64,000 nt of DNA, taken from NCBI GenBank assembly GCA_965225855.1, contig CBDDCK010000001.1, positions 128,001-192,000 of the forward strand. The letters run 5' to 3'. Shown piece after piece: positions 28,319 to 38,990 of the stretch. The notes beneath the pieces are model-generated. The model was not told where the DNA came from. It did not search any database and was given only the letters and a program-made list of their open reading frames with translations. The translations under genes were made by a program, and so were the position numbers. The DNA is from Spirochaetia bacterium. GTDB lineage: Bacteria > Spirochaetota > Spirochaetia > SP-2023. The stretch's first letter is position 1, and each line of letters begins with the position of its first letter.

Positions 28319-28651
28319 ATGGAGACAAAACCAAGTAATGCTGAATGTAATATCAGCTTTAGTATCAGTCCGGAATTAGCGGTGTATAACCGCCTCGAAT
28401 CTTGGTGCATTGTAGATTGTGTTCTGAAATATATTCAGAGTACCGGAACCTCTTATTTTACGGGACCTTCCGAAACCACTTTAGAAGGCTCTTTGAATGA
28501 ATTACTGGCAATCGTTGCCGGTGCCAATCGCATATGTATTGAACAGGGTGCCCTGGAAGTTATTTCTAACTTAAAAATTTATTATAGCCCACAAGAACAA
28601 CATTCTTTTGCCGAACGTCTACAGCGCACGGAAATACACCGCACCCAATAA
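28319..28651 (+). CDS. thiamine-binding protein (YqgV/DUF77 family)
   Basis: VD.VLKYIQSTG.SY.TGPSETTLEG.L.ELL; first gene after the TPP riboswitch. Confidence 0.8.
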   Translation: METKPSNAECNISFSISPELAVYNRLESWCIVDCVLKYIQSTGTSYFTGPSETTLEGSLNELLAIVAGANRICIEQGALEVISNLKIYYSPQEQHSFAERLQRTEIHRTQ

Positions 28652-28732
28652 AAAATAGAGAGAATAACAAGTGCAAAAAGATTCTGCTATATCTGTTTTT
28701 TCGTATTTTAGTTTCTTCAGGTTTCTAATTAT

Positions 28733-29584
28733 ATGAGCATCACTTCCGCTATTATTGTGAAAATTTTCAAATTGAGGTTCCGGTGGGAATTACAAGCGAT
28801 TCAAAAATTATTCTTACGTTTTGGTGCTTCGGCGGCTTTGCTTCTACTGTTATTTTTGGTCTGGGAGTTCAGCGTACGTTTTTGGGAGTTGCCACGCTAT
28901 ATTTTACCTAGCCCGAGTGCCGTTTATTGGTTGTTCTTGGAAGAAGATATTCGCACTCTACTATGGCAGCATACACGCATTACATTATGGGAGACAGGCT
29001 GGGGCCTATTTAGTTCTGTGAATTTTGCCATTTTGCTATGTTTGCTCATGGAGCGTTTTGACTTTTTATACCGCAGTATATTCCCGCTATTGGTACTTTC
29101 GCAGAGCTTGCCTAGCATTGTAATCGCCCCTTTACTGATGATTGTGCTGGGTTTTGGTATGACCACCAAAATTACGGTGATCACCTTGTACTGTTTTTTC
29201 CCGATTGCTACCAGTTTCAGCAATGGCTTGCGCAGTCTCGAACCCGATTATCGCACCTTATTACGTAGTTTTGGTGCCGGTTTTTGGCAAATTATGTGGA
29301 AAGTTCAGTTTCGTTGGGCATTGCCTAGTTTTTTTTCCGGCTTAAAAATTGCGGCAACATACAGTGTTTCTGCTGCAGTTTTGTCCGAGTTTTTTGGTTC
29401 TAGTAAAGGTTTGGGGATTTATATGCGCAATGCTTTTTCTAGCTCGCGTACCGATGTCCTGTTCCTCATAGCCTTTATTATTGTATTTAGCAGTATTTGC
29501 TTGGTAACGTTGGTCAATTTGGCGGAACGGCTGTTATGCCGTCATCAATTAGATTTCATTCGAGATCGAAATAAAAATGTATAA
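28733..29584 (+). CDS. ABC transporter permease (ThiX/SsuC type)
   Basis: YILPSPS, SQSLPSIVIAPLL, EAA-like loop, LPSFFSGLKI. Confidence 0.9.
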   Translation: MSITSAIIVKIFKLRFRWELQAIQKLFLRFGASAALLLLLFLVWEFSVRFWELPRYILPSPSAVYWLFLEEDIRTLLWQHTRITLWETGWGLFSSVNFAILLCLLMERFDFLYRSIFPLLVLSQSLPSIVIAPLLMIVLGFGMTTKITVITLYCFFPIATSFSNGLRSLEPDYRTLLRSFGAGFWQIMWKVQFRWALPSFFSGLKIAATYSVSAAVLSEFFGSSKGLGIYMRNAFSSSRTDVLFLIAFIIVFSSICLVTLVNLAERLLCRHQLDFIRDRNKNV

Positions 29585-29633
29585 AATTTATTAAGGTATT
29601 TTCCCTTAAAAAAAGATTTATAAGGAGGTTTCT

Positions 29634-30674
29634 ATGAAACTTAAAAAATATTTTCGTGCTGTTGGGCAGGCTATTACAGTGTTGTTGTTGAGCTTTGTAC
29701 TGGTAGCTTGTGCTAAAAAAAGTAATGGTGCTCAAGGCGAAAATTCCAGCCAAGAATTAGGCAAGGTAAAGGAATTAGAAAAAATAATTTTCTCTTTGGA
29801 TTGGACACCCAACACCAATCATACGGGTTTGTATGTAGCCCAAAAATTTGGCTACTTTAGCGATGCCGAGCTAAGTGTAGAATTTGTAATGCCGGAACAT
29901 AGCGTAGCGAAATTGGTGGCCAGCGGCCGGGCGGATTTTGGTATTCGGTCGCAGCATGTAATTACTTTTGATATTGCCAATGAAGACATACCGTTAGTTT
30001 CTGTGGCGGCCATTTTGCAGCATAATACTTCTGGATTTTCTTTTTTGAACAGCAAAAATATCCAGCGTCCTGCCGATTTTGCCGGCAAAACATATGGCGG
30101 ATGGAATCGCGCTTTAGAAAAAGCCTTGCTGCCTTATTTAATAGAACAAGATGGTGGCGACCCGGACAGCCTCAATATGGTGCTGCTCGGAGATAGCTAT
30201 ATCGCGGCCTTACTGAATGATAAGGTCGATTTTAGCTGGACTTACTACGGTTGGAATAATATCGACTTCGAGTTGAAGGGTTTGGATATTGGTTATATCA
30301 GCCTGCGAGATATTGACCCAGTGTTTGATACCTATACTCCCGCAATTATCAGTAGTGTTCAGTGGTTAGAAGCAAATCCGGTTACTACTAGTAAATTTAT
30401 CCAGGCGGTGGCCAAAGGTTATGAATATGCAGCTCAAAATCCCGATAAAGCTGCCGAAATTTTGTTGGAGTATGCCCCAGAGTTGGAGCGGGAATTGGTA
30501 GTGCGTTCGCAGCGTTATTTTGTAGACTACTACTTAGATGAAAAGGGACGGTGGGGTAGCCAAAAAAGAGAAGTCTGGGAGCGTTTTGCCGATTGGGCTT
30601 ATGGGCAAGGTATGCTCGATAAGCCTATTGATAGCAGCAAAGTAATGACTAATGAATATCTAGCCAGGCAGTAG
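29634..30674 (+). CDS. NMT1/ThiY-like substrate-binding lipoprotein
   Basis: LVA-C lipobox, LDWTPNTNHTGLYVA, QHNTSGF. Confidence 0.9.
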   Translation: MKLKKYFRAVGQAITVLLLSFVLVACAKKSNGAQGENSSQELGKVKELEKIIFSLDWTPNTNHTGLYVAQKFGYFSDAELSVEFVMPEHSVAKLVASGRADFGIRSQHVITFDIANEDIPLVSVAAILQHNTSGFSFLNSKNIQRPADFAGKTYGGWNRALEKALLPYLIEQDGGDPDSLNMVLLGDSYIAALLNDKVDFSWTYYGWNNIDFELKGLDIGYISLRDIDPVFDTYTPAIISSVQWLEANPVTTSKFIQAVAKGYEYAAQNPDKAAEILLEYAPELERELVVRSQRYFVDYYLDEKGRWGSQKREVWERFADWAYGQGMLDKPIDSSKVMTNEYLARQ

Positions 30675-30699
30675 TGAATAAGCATTTGTGGATGTGTTT

Positions 30700-31446
30700 A
30701 TGAGTGATTACCCTATTTTTTACCCCAATATAGAAAATCTAGCTTGTATAGAGCAGTTACAAGAAAGCCTGAAAGCTTTTGTAAAACAGCCGCTTTTATA
30801 CAAGAAACTATACCTACAAAAAAATTACAACATTGCTTTTGATGGATATTCTTATATGGGACAAGAAGATAGTTCGCACCAGGCGGCCGATGATTTGTTA
30901 CATTCTTTTGTGTTGTCCAATCTTCAGAATAAAGATGTGTTCCCTAAAGAATTTCAACCGTTCTTGCAAAATAATTTTGAACGGGTGATAAATTATGTCC
31001 AAGATATAGAACGTAGGGAGTTGAAGCGTTTGCAAGTTTTTGAATTAGAGGAAATTTATGATGAATTATTTGGCCATATGGTTTCTTGTAATTATTATCC
31101 GTCTATTTCAACAATTAATAGTCGGCCGGCTCTGCGTTTAACGGCTCACAAAGATGTTTCGTTGTTTACCACTTTCCCTCTGGGTGTTGCAGCAGGATTT
31201 GCTATTGGAGAGCAAATTTATAATAGTCTCTCTAAGACGATGATTTTTCCCGGATATTTTTTGGAATGGTACACAGCAGCGAAAGTCCCTGCTATATATC
31301 ATAGGATTGTGCTGCCAGAGAATTCTATAGAAGAGCGTTATGGGTTTTCTTTCTTTTCTATACCCAAACCGGGCCAAACATTTTCTTGGAATGGCAAAAT
31401 TTATTCTAGTGATGAATATTATAATAAACGGCCAGCATTGTTATAA
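30700..31446 (+). CDS. 2-oxoglutarate/Fe(II)-dependent oxygenase (isopenicillin-N-synthase-like)
   Basis: NYYP, AHKDVSLFT (HxD), YHRIV (distal His), RYGFSFF. Confidence 0.75.
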   Translation: MSDYPIFYPNIENLACIEQLQESLKAFVKQPLLYKKLYLQKNYNIAFDGYSYMGQEDSSHQAADDLLHSFVLSNLQNKDVFPKEFQPFLQNNFERVINYVQDIERRELKRLQVFELEEIYDELFGHMVSCNYYPSISTINSRPALRLTAHKDVSLFTTFPLGVAAGFAIGEQIYNSLSKTMIFPGYFLEWYTAAKVPAIYHRIVLPENSIEERYGFSFFSIPKPGQTFSWNGKIYSSDEYYNKRPALL

Positions 31447-31513
31447 CCATTTATTTTGGTACTAACTATTGGTTATTTTCCAATAAAAAATTCTAAAAGG
31501 TAAGGAGTATAAA

Positions 31514-32140
31514 ATGGTATATCAGCAAAACCGCATTGCCGGTTGTAGTTTTAGCATTTACCCTATGAGCGAGGACTTTGTAGAGATTATTTTAAGCGCT
31601 ATTCGCCGGGTAGATATGAGCAAAGTTTGGAGACAAACGAACGATATCGAAACTTGCATTCGTGGCCGTATTTCGCATGTATTTGATGTAACTTTGGCTC
31701 TGTTTTCTACTGCCATTGAATCGGGAGAGCATGTTGTATTCCGCGGGACTTTTTCCATTGGTTGCCCTGGCGATTCCACTGCAGATAATTTTATGGCCAA
31801 TGATGATGTGAAACTCAATAAAACTTTGTGGGCAAATCACTCTATTGCTGGGAAATTTTCTGTTTACCCTTTGGGCGAGTTGAGCCCGACTGACTCATGC
31901 AGTGACTCATCTTGTGGCGGCTATATGGGCAAAATTTATGAATGTATTGAGCATATGAGAGCTAGTTCATTAAAAGTACAGCAAATCCACTATGCCACTC
32001 GATTTGATGGCGATTTGCAATTGAGTTGGCAGTATTTAGAGCAATGTTTTCAAATGCTTGAAGAGCAAGGCTTTAGGCATACGGTTATGGATGTTAGCAT
32101 ATCGGCCAATAGCCCAACTTGTGGTGCAAACCAATCTTAA
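31514..32140 (+). CDS. ykoF: YkoF-family thiamine/HMP-binding protein
   Basis: GCSFSIYPMSEDF, TFSIGCPGD, FSVYPLG, HYATRFDG, SANSPT. Confidence 0.85.
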   Translation: MVYQQNRIAGCSFSIYPMSEDFVEIILSAIRRVDMSKVWRQTNDIETCIRGRISHVFDVTLALFSTAIESGEHVVFRGTFSIGCPGDSTADNFMANDDVKLNKTLWANHSIAGKFSVYPLGELSPTDSCSDSSCGGYMGKIYECIEHMRASSLKVQQIHYATRFDGDLQLSWQYLEQCFQMLEEQGFRHTVMDVSISANSPTCGANQS

Positions 32141-32170
32141 ATTAAGTATATAGGTTAAGTAGATAAATAT

Positions 32171-33190
32171 ATGAATACAGACAGACATTACTTTTTTTGT
32201 GGCTTTTTCTTGGCGATAGCTGCGTTTTTTGTGGCTTGCAATAGACAAACTAATATAGAGCAGAGTAAGGTATTAACGCCTGTAAAGAATTTTGCTAAAA
32301 TTAGCTTTGCGCTGGACTGGACCCCGAATACCAATCATACCGGATTGTATGTAGCGCAAAAGCTAGATTACTTTAGCGAAGCCGGGCTGGAGGTTACGAT
32401 CCATATGCCCCAAATCAGCGTAACGCAATTGGTAGCCAGTGGACGCGCCCATTTTGGTATTGCTTTTCAAGAGTTTGCCACCAATTCTATGGCCAATGAT
32501 CAAGTTCCTATTATTTCTGTGGCGGCCGTTATGCAGCACAATACTTCGGGTTTTACCTTTATGAAAAATCGGAATATTCAACGCCCGCGTGATTTTGGTG
32601 GCAGACTTTATGCTGGTTGGGGCAATCCATTTGAAATTACGGTCATTAAGCAGGTCATTCAGTCGGACGGCGGCGATCCGAATTTATTTGATAGCGTAAC
32701 CATTGGAGAAACTAGTGTGGCCGGATTGTTACAGGAAGACAAAGTGGATTATGTTTGGACTTATTATGCTTGGCAAAATATTGGTTTTGAACTGCAAGGA
32801 CTGGAGACCGAATATATACCTTTACAAGAACTCGATCCGGTATTTGATTACTATACTCCGATTATTATTGCTAGTCATCGTTATTTAGAAGAACAACCAG
32901 ATACAGCTAAGCGTTTTGTGCAGGCTGTGGCTAAAGGCTACCAATATGCCGCTAACAATCCCGATGAAAGTGCGGATATTTTGTTGAATTATGCACCGGA
33001 GTTGGAGCAGGAACTCGTGTTGCGTTCTGCCCGTTATTTGGCACCGTATTATTTAGATAAAAATGGCCAATGGGGCTATCAGAAGCCAGAAGTATGGGAC
33101 CGTTTATCCCGCTGGATGTATGAGCGGCAATTAATAGAGCAGCCGCTTGCATCGGCACAAGCCATGACCAATGAGCTATTGTCCCATTAA
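32171..33190 (+). CDS. second NMT1/ThiY-like substrate-binding lipoprotein
   Basis: FVA-C lipobox, LDWTPNTNHTGLYVA, DYYTP; paralog of the 29634 gene. Confidence 0.9.
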   Translation: MNTDRHYFFCGFFLAIAAFFVACNRQTNIEQSKVLTPVKNFAKISFALDWTPNTNHTGLYVAQKLDYFSEAGLEVTIHMPQISVTQLVASGRAHFGIAFQEFATNSMANDQVPIISVAAVMQHNTSGFTFMKNRNIQRPRDFGGRLYAGWGNPFEITVIKQVIQSDGGDPNLFDSVTIGETSVAGLLQEDKVDYVWTYYAWQNIGFELQGLETEYIPLQELDPVFDYYTPIIIASHRYLEEQPDTAKRFVQAVAKGYQYAANNPDESADILLNYAPELEQELVLRSARYLAPYYLDKNGQWGYQKPEVWDRLSRWMYERQLIEQPLASAQAMTNELLSH

Positions 33191-33912
33191 TGTCTGAAAA
33201 TTCTGGCTTTGTTTTAGAATTACGGCAATTATATAAGTCTTTTGGCAGCTTAGAGGTAATTCGGAATTTAGATTTACAGCTGCCACACAATCAAATTTTG
33301 GCTTTAATTGGCCCCTCTGGTTGTGGTAAGTCGACTTTATTAAATTTAATTAGCGGCTTAGACAAAAAATATAACGGCCAAATTTTTCTTTCTGGTTGCG
33401 AATTGCGCCAAAGTACGGCCCAACAGGTTGGCTATATGCTGCAAAAAGACTTGCTATTGCCCTGGCGCAATATTGAACAAAATGTATTTTTGCCCCAAGA
33501 ATTACACCACTTAAAAACCTGCTCGCAACCAGAAATTGAAAAATTATTTACTTTATTTGGTCTCGAACAATTCCGCAAAGCCTACCCCCAAGAACTTAGC
33601 GGTGGCATGCGCCAACGCACAAATTTATTGCGCACTTATACCCTACAATCCGAACTTCTCTTACTCGATGAACCCTTTGGCTCACTTGACGCCCTAACTA
33701 GGCAATCTTTGCAATATTGGTTCATCGAAATGAACCGCAAACAGCCGCGCAGCATTTTGCTAATCACACACGATATTCAGGAAGCTATTTTACTGGCCGA
33801 TGATATACTGGTACTTTCGCCACGCTCCTGCCAAATTTTAGCTCGCTTTACCGTCAAAGGGATTAGCCGCAGCGAAAAGTTGGAAAAAGAAATTTTTTCC
33901 TACCTAGTTTAG
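33190..33912 (+). CDS. ABC transporter ATP-binding protein
   Basis: GPSGCGKST, LSGGMRQR, LLLDEPF, ITHD. Confidence 0.93.
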   Translation: MSENSGFVLELRQLYKSFGSLEVIRNLDLQLPHNQILALIGPSGCGKSTLLNLISGLDKKYNGQIFLSGCELRQSTAQQVGYMLQKDLLLPWRNIEQNVFLPQELHHLKTCSQPEIEKLFTLFGLEQFRKAYPQELSGGMRQRTNLLRTYTLQSELLLLDEPFGSLDALTRQSLQYWFIEMNRKQPRSILLITHDIQEAILLADDILVLSPRSCQILARFTVKGISRSEKLEKEIFSYLV

Positions 33913-35204
33913 TTCTCTTGCCCCGGCACACGAAAAAGATAAAAATGTTTTTTTCCTGCTTTCAGCAAAATCTTTCGATCCTCGAGATCATTGTAATTTA
34001 TTTTTTGTTCGGTGTCGGTGATTTTTTGACCATTGATACTGGCTCCCCCTCCCTGAATTAAACGTCGTACTTCGTTGCGAGACGAGCCCAGCCCAGCTTC
34101 TATATAAAGCTCGATAACCGAAATGCCATTAGTTTTCAATTCAAGCAATAAAGCAGGGGCTAACTCGCTGCCAGGCAAATTATCTATGCCGTTACTACCT
34201 GCCCCACCGTTTGCAACTTTACTAGCAAAATTTTGTTGAGCTGCAACCCGCACTTTTTCCGCTTCCGCATAACCATAAATATAGCAACACATTTCATACG
34301 CTAAAATTTCTTTCGCCTTATTTAAAGCAGCCCCTCCTTCAAGGCAAAGCGTGCGAATTTTGGCAATGCTAAGAAAAGTAAAAAGCAGCAAAAATCGCTC
34401 TACATCTTGGTCGCTACAATTGCGCCAATATTGGAAAAAATCAAAAGGAGAAGTCAATTTAGGGTCAATGAAAATAGCTCCATTCTCGGTTTTGCCCATT
34501 TTTTTCCCGCTGGAAGTCATTACCAAAGGCACCGTTAAAACTTGAGGTTGACTTTCCATATTGACACTATCGTGAGAAAAATTGTAGCGGCGAATCAAGT
34601 CAAGGCCCGAAACCATATTGCCCCACTGGTCATCACCACCAATTTGCAACAGACAATCATGCTGTTGAAATAGCTTGAGATAGTCGTAAGACTGCAGAAG
34701 CTGGTAATTAAATTCGATAAATGAAAGGCCACGCTCTAAGCGTTGTTTACAGCTTTCAAAACTAAGCATGCGATTGACCGAAAAATGAAAGCCTATATCG
34801 CGCAAAAATTCAATATAATTTAAATTATCTAGCCAATCAATATTGTCCAGCCAAATGGGTTTGGTATCGCAATCGGCAAAAACTTGCTCCAACTGTTTGC
34901 GAATAGCTTGCGCATTGGTTGCAATATCCTCTGCGCTAAGCATTTTACGCATCTTTGTCTTGCCAGAAGGGTCGCCAATTTTGGCAGTGCCAGAGCCTAA
35001 GACAAGCAAAGGTTGATGGCCGGCAAAAGCAAATCGTTTTGCCAATAAAACGGGTAATAGATGGCCACAATGCAATGATGGATAGGTTGGGTCTATGCCC
35101 AAATAAAAAGGCAGGCCATATTCAAGCATTTGGTTCACAGCCTCTAAATTACTACACTGCTGGATTAAGCCACGTTGTTGCAGTTCATCAATCAATTCGG
35201 TCAT
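33909..35204 (-). CDS. tyrS: tyrosine--tRNA ligase
   Basis: GIDPT..SLHCGH, GDPSGK, QIGGDDQWGN, KMGKT, C-terminal S4 domain. Confidence 0.96.
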   Translation of the reverse strand: MTELIDELQQRGLIQQCSNLEAVNQMLEYGLPFYLGIDPTYPSLHCGHLLPVLLAKRFAFAGHQPLLVLGSGTAKIGDPSGKTKMRKMLSAEDIATNAQAIRKQLEQVFADCDTKPIWLDNIDWLDNLNYIEFLRDIGFHFSVNRMLSFESCKQRLERGLSFIEFNYQLLQSYDYLKLFQQHDCLLQIGGDDQWGNMVSGLDLIRRYNFSHDSVNMESQPQVLTVPLVMTSSGKKMGKTENGAIFIDPKLTSPFDFFQYWRNCSDQDVERFLLLFTFLSIAKIRTLCLEGGAALNKAKEILAYEMCCYIYGYAEAEKVRVAAQQNFASKVANGGAGSNGIDNLPGSELAPALLLELKTNGISVIELYIEAGLGSSRNEVRRLIQGGGASINGQKITDTEQKINYNDLEDRKILLKAGKKHFYLFRVPGQEN

Positions 35205-35246
35205 GAAATGGCTAAACCTTGTTGTTTTTTGCATTTTATATTGTTA

Positions 35247-35319
35247 AGATGCCGATCAGATTCGAACTGATGAATAGCGGATTTGCAGTCCACCGCCTTA
35301 ACCACTTGGCCACGGCACC
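35247..35319 (-). tRNA. tRNA-Cys(GCA)
   Basis: Reverse complement GGTGCCGTGGCCAAGTGGTTAAGGCGGTGGACTGCAAATCCGCTATTCATCAGTTCGAATCTGATCGGCATCT. Confidence 0.95.
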
Positions 35320-35366
35320 AATTTAATAGTTGAAAATAATGATAATAAAGATTTTTGCCCAGTACT

Positions 35367-37292
35367 TCATCGTAGTTTTCTCGATATTTCACCCAGAATA
35401 CTCTGTTTTTCGATTGCCAATTGATCGCCAAGCAACAAGCAAAATTCTCGAATATATTGCTTCCATAATTCCAGTATTCTTGCAGGAGTTAAAGGAGCAT
35501 ATTCTGGATTATTATAATCTTGCATATACTGAAAATGAGGGATTAAAGAATTGAATTTAAGATAATATTGGCTATCGGCAATAGACACTTCTATTGCAGG
35601 GAGCCCCTGTCTAGTAAATTCCTGAAATTTTTTCATCGTTTGTTCGATTAAATAACAAATTTCCTTGTCAATTCCCATCAAAGTAGAAGTGTATTCTTCC
35701 TTAGACCCTTCTGCCCGTTGTTCAACCCTCATTAATATTTCTTTTATCTTTTTATCAATGAGATGTTCCGGCTGTAAATGTTGTTCGATAATATCAAGTT
35801 TTACACGGCAGTGATCGACTCCACTGAGAAATTCTGTAATTTCACCATAGACATAATTATTCCAATTAAACAAAATTTTGCTTAGCATATTTAATGGTTT
35901 GAGAATATTCTTAATGCAAAAATAACGCAGGAAATTCTGCAAATAACTAAATGATTTACAATGAGCAAAAAGCTCTTCTAATCTATTTTCTTCATGATTA
36001 CTTGGTAAAAAATCAATCCGATCATTGTTATAATAAGGTGAGGGTTCAAAATCGCTATTACCTGAAAGATACTTTGTGAAGAAGTATTCGGTTCGATCAT
36101 TTTTAAGCTGCTCGGCCATCATCTCTAGTTTTTCTAAAGCTAACTGCTGATAAACCTTTTCAATTTGCCTAGGTAAATTTTCCAATATTTCATTCTCAAT
36201 ATTTCGTATATGGGGAAGGATTAAATAGGGATTATCTCCAGTAAATAGGAGTAAAATTCTGATGGGTATTTCCTGTAAAAATCTATTCCATAAAATTTGC
36301 AATTGTGAAAAAGCGTCCAAAAAGTGAACAGCCGTTTTGTTTGATTGGCTACTAAACCCTTTACTATCAACAACATGAAAATAACTACTGATAATTTCGC
36401 GAAACTGGATTTTATCAAAATTAATAGACCCAACTTCCTCCATAAGTTGATACAAAATATGTATAGAATCATAAGCTTCCTGCGGTAGGACATCACAATA
36501 AAGACCATCTTGTTGTTTCGCATCTGCGCGAAAATTGTGGAAAAAATTAGAAAATGGAAAGTAACAAATTTTTTGAAATTGGTATAAGGCTTTCAAAATT
36601 TCTCCAGCAGATTTATGAAGAGAAAGAGGTAGGAAACGGCTTTCTTTACGCACATCTTCCATGAGAGAACCTATTTTGCCTTTTACAACAGAATCACCCA
36701 TAAAAACCGTATCACGAAATTGCTCTTGGCTAATAAAATTTTCTGCCTCAATGGAAATACGGTTACCAGAATTACTACGGTAATCTGCAAAAACTAATTT
36801 TGTAACAATGGCTTGCATGAATGTTGTATTGCGGTCAACTTGATTGATAATTGGAAGTATTTGTAAGCTCAACTGGAAAATCTCATTAAAACGAGCAGGT
36901 AAGTAAGAGCTGACTAGATGTATGTTGTCTTTTCGATTAAATACAATAATTTCACTATTTTGTTGGACTATATCTTGCCGTATCTTATTTAATTGGGATT
37001 CTCGAAATAAACCTTCTGCTGATTTACGACTAAAAATACTCAAAAAGCAATACCACAGATATTGCATAAATGGCAACTGATTAAAATCAGAAATAAGAGA
37101 ATGTGTCTGCTCATCTTCTGTAAACGTCAATTCTGTATTGTTTTTATTTTCAGCAATAGATTCAGAACCTTTACTTACTTTAGTGAGATTGTTCTCGTCT
37201 GGAAGATTTTCATAAGAATCTTTCTCTGTAAATTTTGTGTATAATTTTTCTCTTTCCGATAAGTTAAGTTCTTGAACTAATTCGTCCGCCAT
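35367..37292 (-). CDS. conserved spirochaetal hypothetical protein (DUF5312-like)
   Basis: N-terminal LVQELNLSEREKLY pattern and helical composition, recalled from this family. Confidence 0.55.
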   Translation of the reverse strand: MADELVQELNLSEREKLYTKFTEKDSYENLPDENNLTKVSKGSESIAENKNNTELTFTEDEQTHSLISDFNQLPFMQYLWYCFLSIFSRKSAEGLFRESQLNKIRQDIVQQNSEIIVFNRKDNIHLVSSYLPARFNEIFQLSLQILPIINQVDRNTTFMQAIVTKLVFADYRSNSGNRISIEAENFISQEQFRDTVFMGDSVVKGKIGSLMEDVRKESRFLPLSLHKSAGEILKALYQFQKICYFPFSNFFHNFRADAKQQDGLYCDVLPQEAYDSIHILYQLMEEVGSINFDKIQFREIISSYFHVVDSKGFSSQSNKTAVHFLDAFSQLQILWNRFLQEIPIRILLLFTGDNPYLILPHIRNIENEILENLPRQIEKVYQQLALEKLEMMAEQLKNDRTEYFFTKYLSGNSDFEPSPYYNNDRIDFLPSNHEENRLEELFAHCKSFSYLQNFLRYFCIKNILKPLNMLSKILFNWNNYVYGEITEFLSGVDHCRVKLDIIEQHLQPEHLIDKKIKEILMRVEQRAEGSKEEYTSTLMGIDKEICYLIEQTMKKFQEFTRQGLPAIEVSIADSQYYLKFNSLIPHFQYMQDYNNPEYAPLTPARILELWKQYIREFCLLLGDQLAIEKQSILGEISRKLR

Positions 37293-37626
37293 AGTTTAGG
37301 GAACCTCTTTCTAATGCAATTGCTCGAATGTACAGTTAAATGGAAGACAACATACATTGTAATCATTAGGCATGCAGCTATATCCATAGAAAACATATAA
37401 ATATTATACTATCATAAACAACTACGATTATAGCAAATTATAGGTTAGGGGCAAGTTTTGTGAGCCTAAGTTTTATCCAGTTAAATTTACTTATAAAAAA
37501 ACAACATAACCGCATCAAGTAAGAAAAATAGAGAAAAAATGCTAGACATACCCTTTCTTATTTTGTAAGATGCTCGGTGGAAAATAACCAAGGTATCTAG
37601 CATTTATGACTAGAAAGGAGATCAAT

Positions 37627-38958
37627 ATGAAAATGTATAAACAGATTTCTGGAATTATTCTTTATTCAACCACAATGGCGATTTGCATCTTTGGGTTTAG
37701 TTCACTCATGATACTCCAAGCGCAAGAATTTACACCAAATGCTCCGACTGGTGAAATAGCGGATATAGACACAGGAAATCCAGTAGCAAGAAATGCATGG
37801 GAAGAAATTTATTTTAGAATTAATGATCCTTTGTCCACAAAAAGCGTGGTAGAATTGTTAAAAAGTATGGAGCTTGAAAAAGATCAAGCAGGATTGGCAT
37901 CAAGCTATGTCATTATTTTACAAGATCAAATTTATAGTTTTCGCAGTCGTTATCAAGAAGAACCTATTTTCACAAGACAAATAGTAAATTTCTTGCTGGA
38001 TAAAATTTCAGAGCAATCGGAGATCGTAATGCAAGAGCATCCGGAGATTGCCAATATGATCGGCTTATTGCTTATCCCTGAATTACAGTACGGTGCTGTT
38101 ATGGGAAAATCTATTTCTGCCTTAGGGCACTTAAAGGCTAAAAATTTTAGCGATGATATTATTAGATACTTAGAAGAGATCAATAACATAATGTCTATTA
38201 GCGATAAAAGAGCTGATAAGCTCGCGTTTGACTACGCTGCAACAGGTTGTTTGAATGCGTTGACTGAATTTAAAACGCCTTCAGCTTTTACAGTTTTATT
38301 GCAAGTAAGTAATGGACCATTTCAACAAGCTGTTCGCAATCAGGCAGCCAGTTTAATGCGTTTACTTAAAAAAGAGTTCCCAGAGGAAGTGAAAAAGCAT
38401 TTTCTGGATTTTGTGCAAAGTTCTAAAAACTTAGAGCTCTTAGATATTGTTATCAATAGTATGAATGCAAATAAATTCAATTTTGATAAGATGACGAGTC
38501 AAGAGCTAAACCTTGCTTTACTTGCACATATGAATCGAGCCACTTGGGTTACGGATAATCAGGGGCTCGAAGCAGAAATATTGCGTAAAACTATTGACAA
38601 TATTTTAGCAAATGGTACCGATGGAATGGAGAAAGAAGCTTCAGAGCAATTAAAGCAGAGTTATCTTAATACGGATAGCATGAATGTTCAGCTGTTAGCA
38701 TTGCAGGGAATTGGACAGTTAAATTCAAAAAATGGCATTCAGTTTCTACAAGGAGAAATTGATCGCTTAAATATCCAGCAACGTGCTGTTGCCATTACTT
38801 CTTCCGAGCAAAGAATATTGCGCCAATTATTGTATTCGCTCTATGTTTCCAAAGATTCAAGTGAAGACACAATAAAAGTGTTGCGTGATGTTACAATGAC
38901 TCCATATCCTTCTGTAATTCACAAGATAGCTACAGATATTCTAAGCAATATATCCTAA
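37627..38958 (+). CDS. exported alpha-helical (HEAT-like) repeat protein
   Basis: AAGGAG RBS, signal peptide, ALGHLKA / ALQGIGQL HEAT-like segments. Confidence 0.6.
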   Translation: MKMYKQISGIILYSTTMAICIFGFSSLMILQAQEFTPNAPTGEIADIDTGNPVARNAWEEIYFRINDPLSTKSVVELLKSMELEKDQAGLASSYVIILQDQIYSFRSRYQEEPIFTRQIVNFLLDKISEQSEIVMQEHPEIANMIGLLLIPELQYGAVMGKSISALGHLKAKNFSDDIIRYLEEINNIMSISDKRADKLAFDYAATGCLNALTEFKTPSAFTVLLQVSNGPFQQAVRNQAASLMRLLKKEFPEEVKKHFLDFVQSSKNLELLDIVINSMNANKFNFDKMTSQELNLALLAHMNRATWVTDNQGLEAEILRKTIDNILANGTDGMEKEASEQLKQSYLNTDSMNVQLLALQGIGQLNSKNGIQFLQGEIDRLNIQQRAVAITSSEQRILRQLLYSLYVSKDSSEDTIKVLRDVTMTPYPSVIHKIATDILSNIS

Positions 38959-38990
38959 GATATAACTTGCGTGGTAGATAAGGGGAAACC

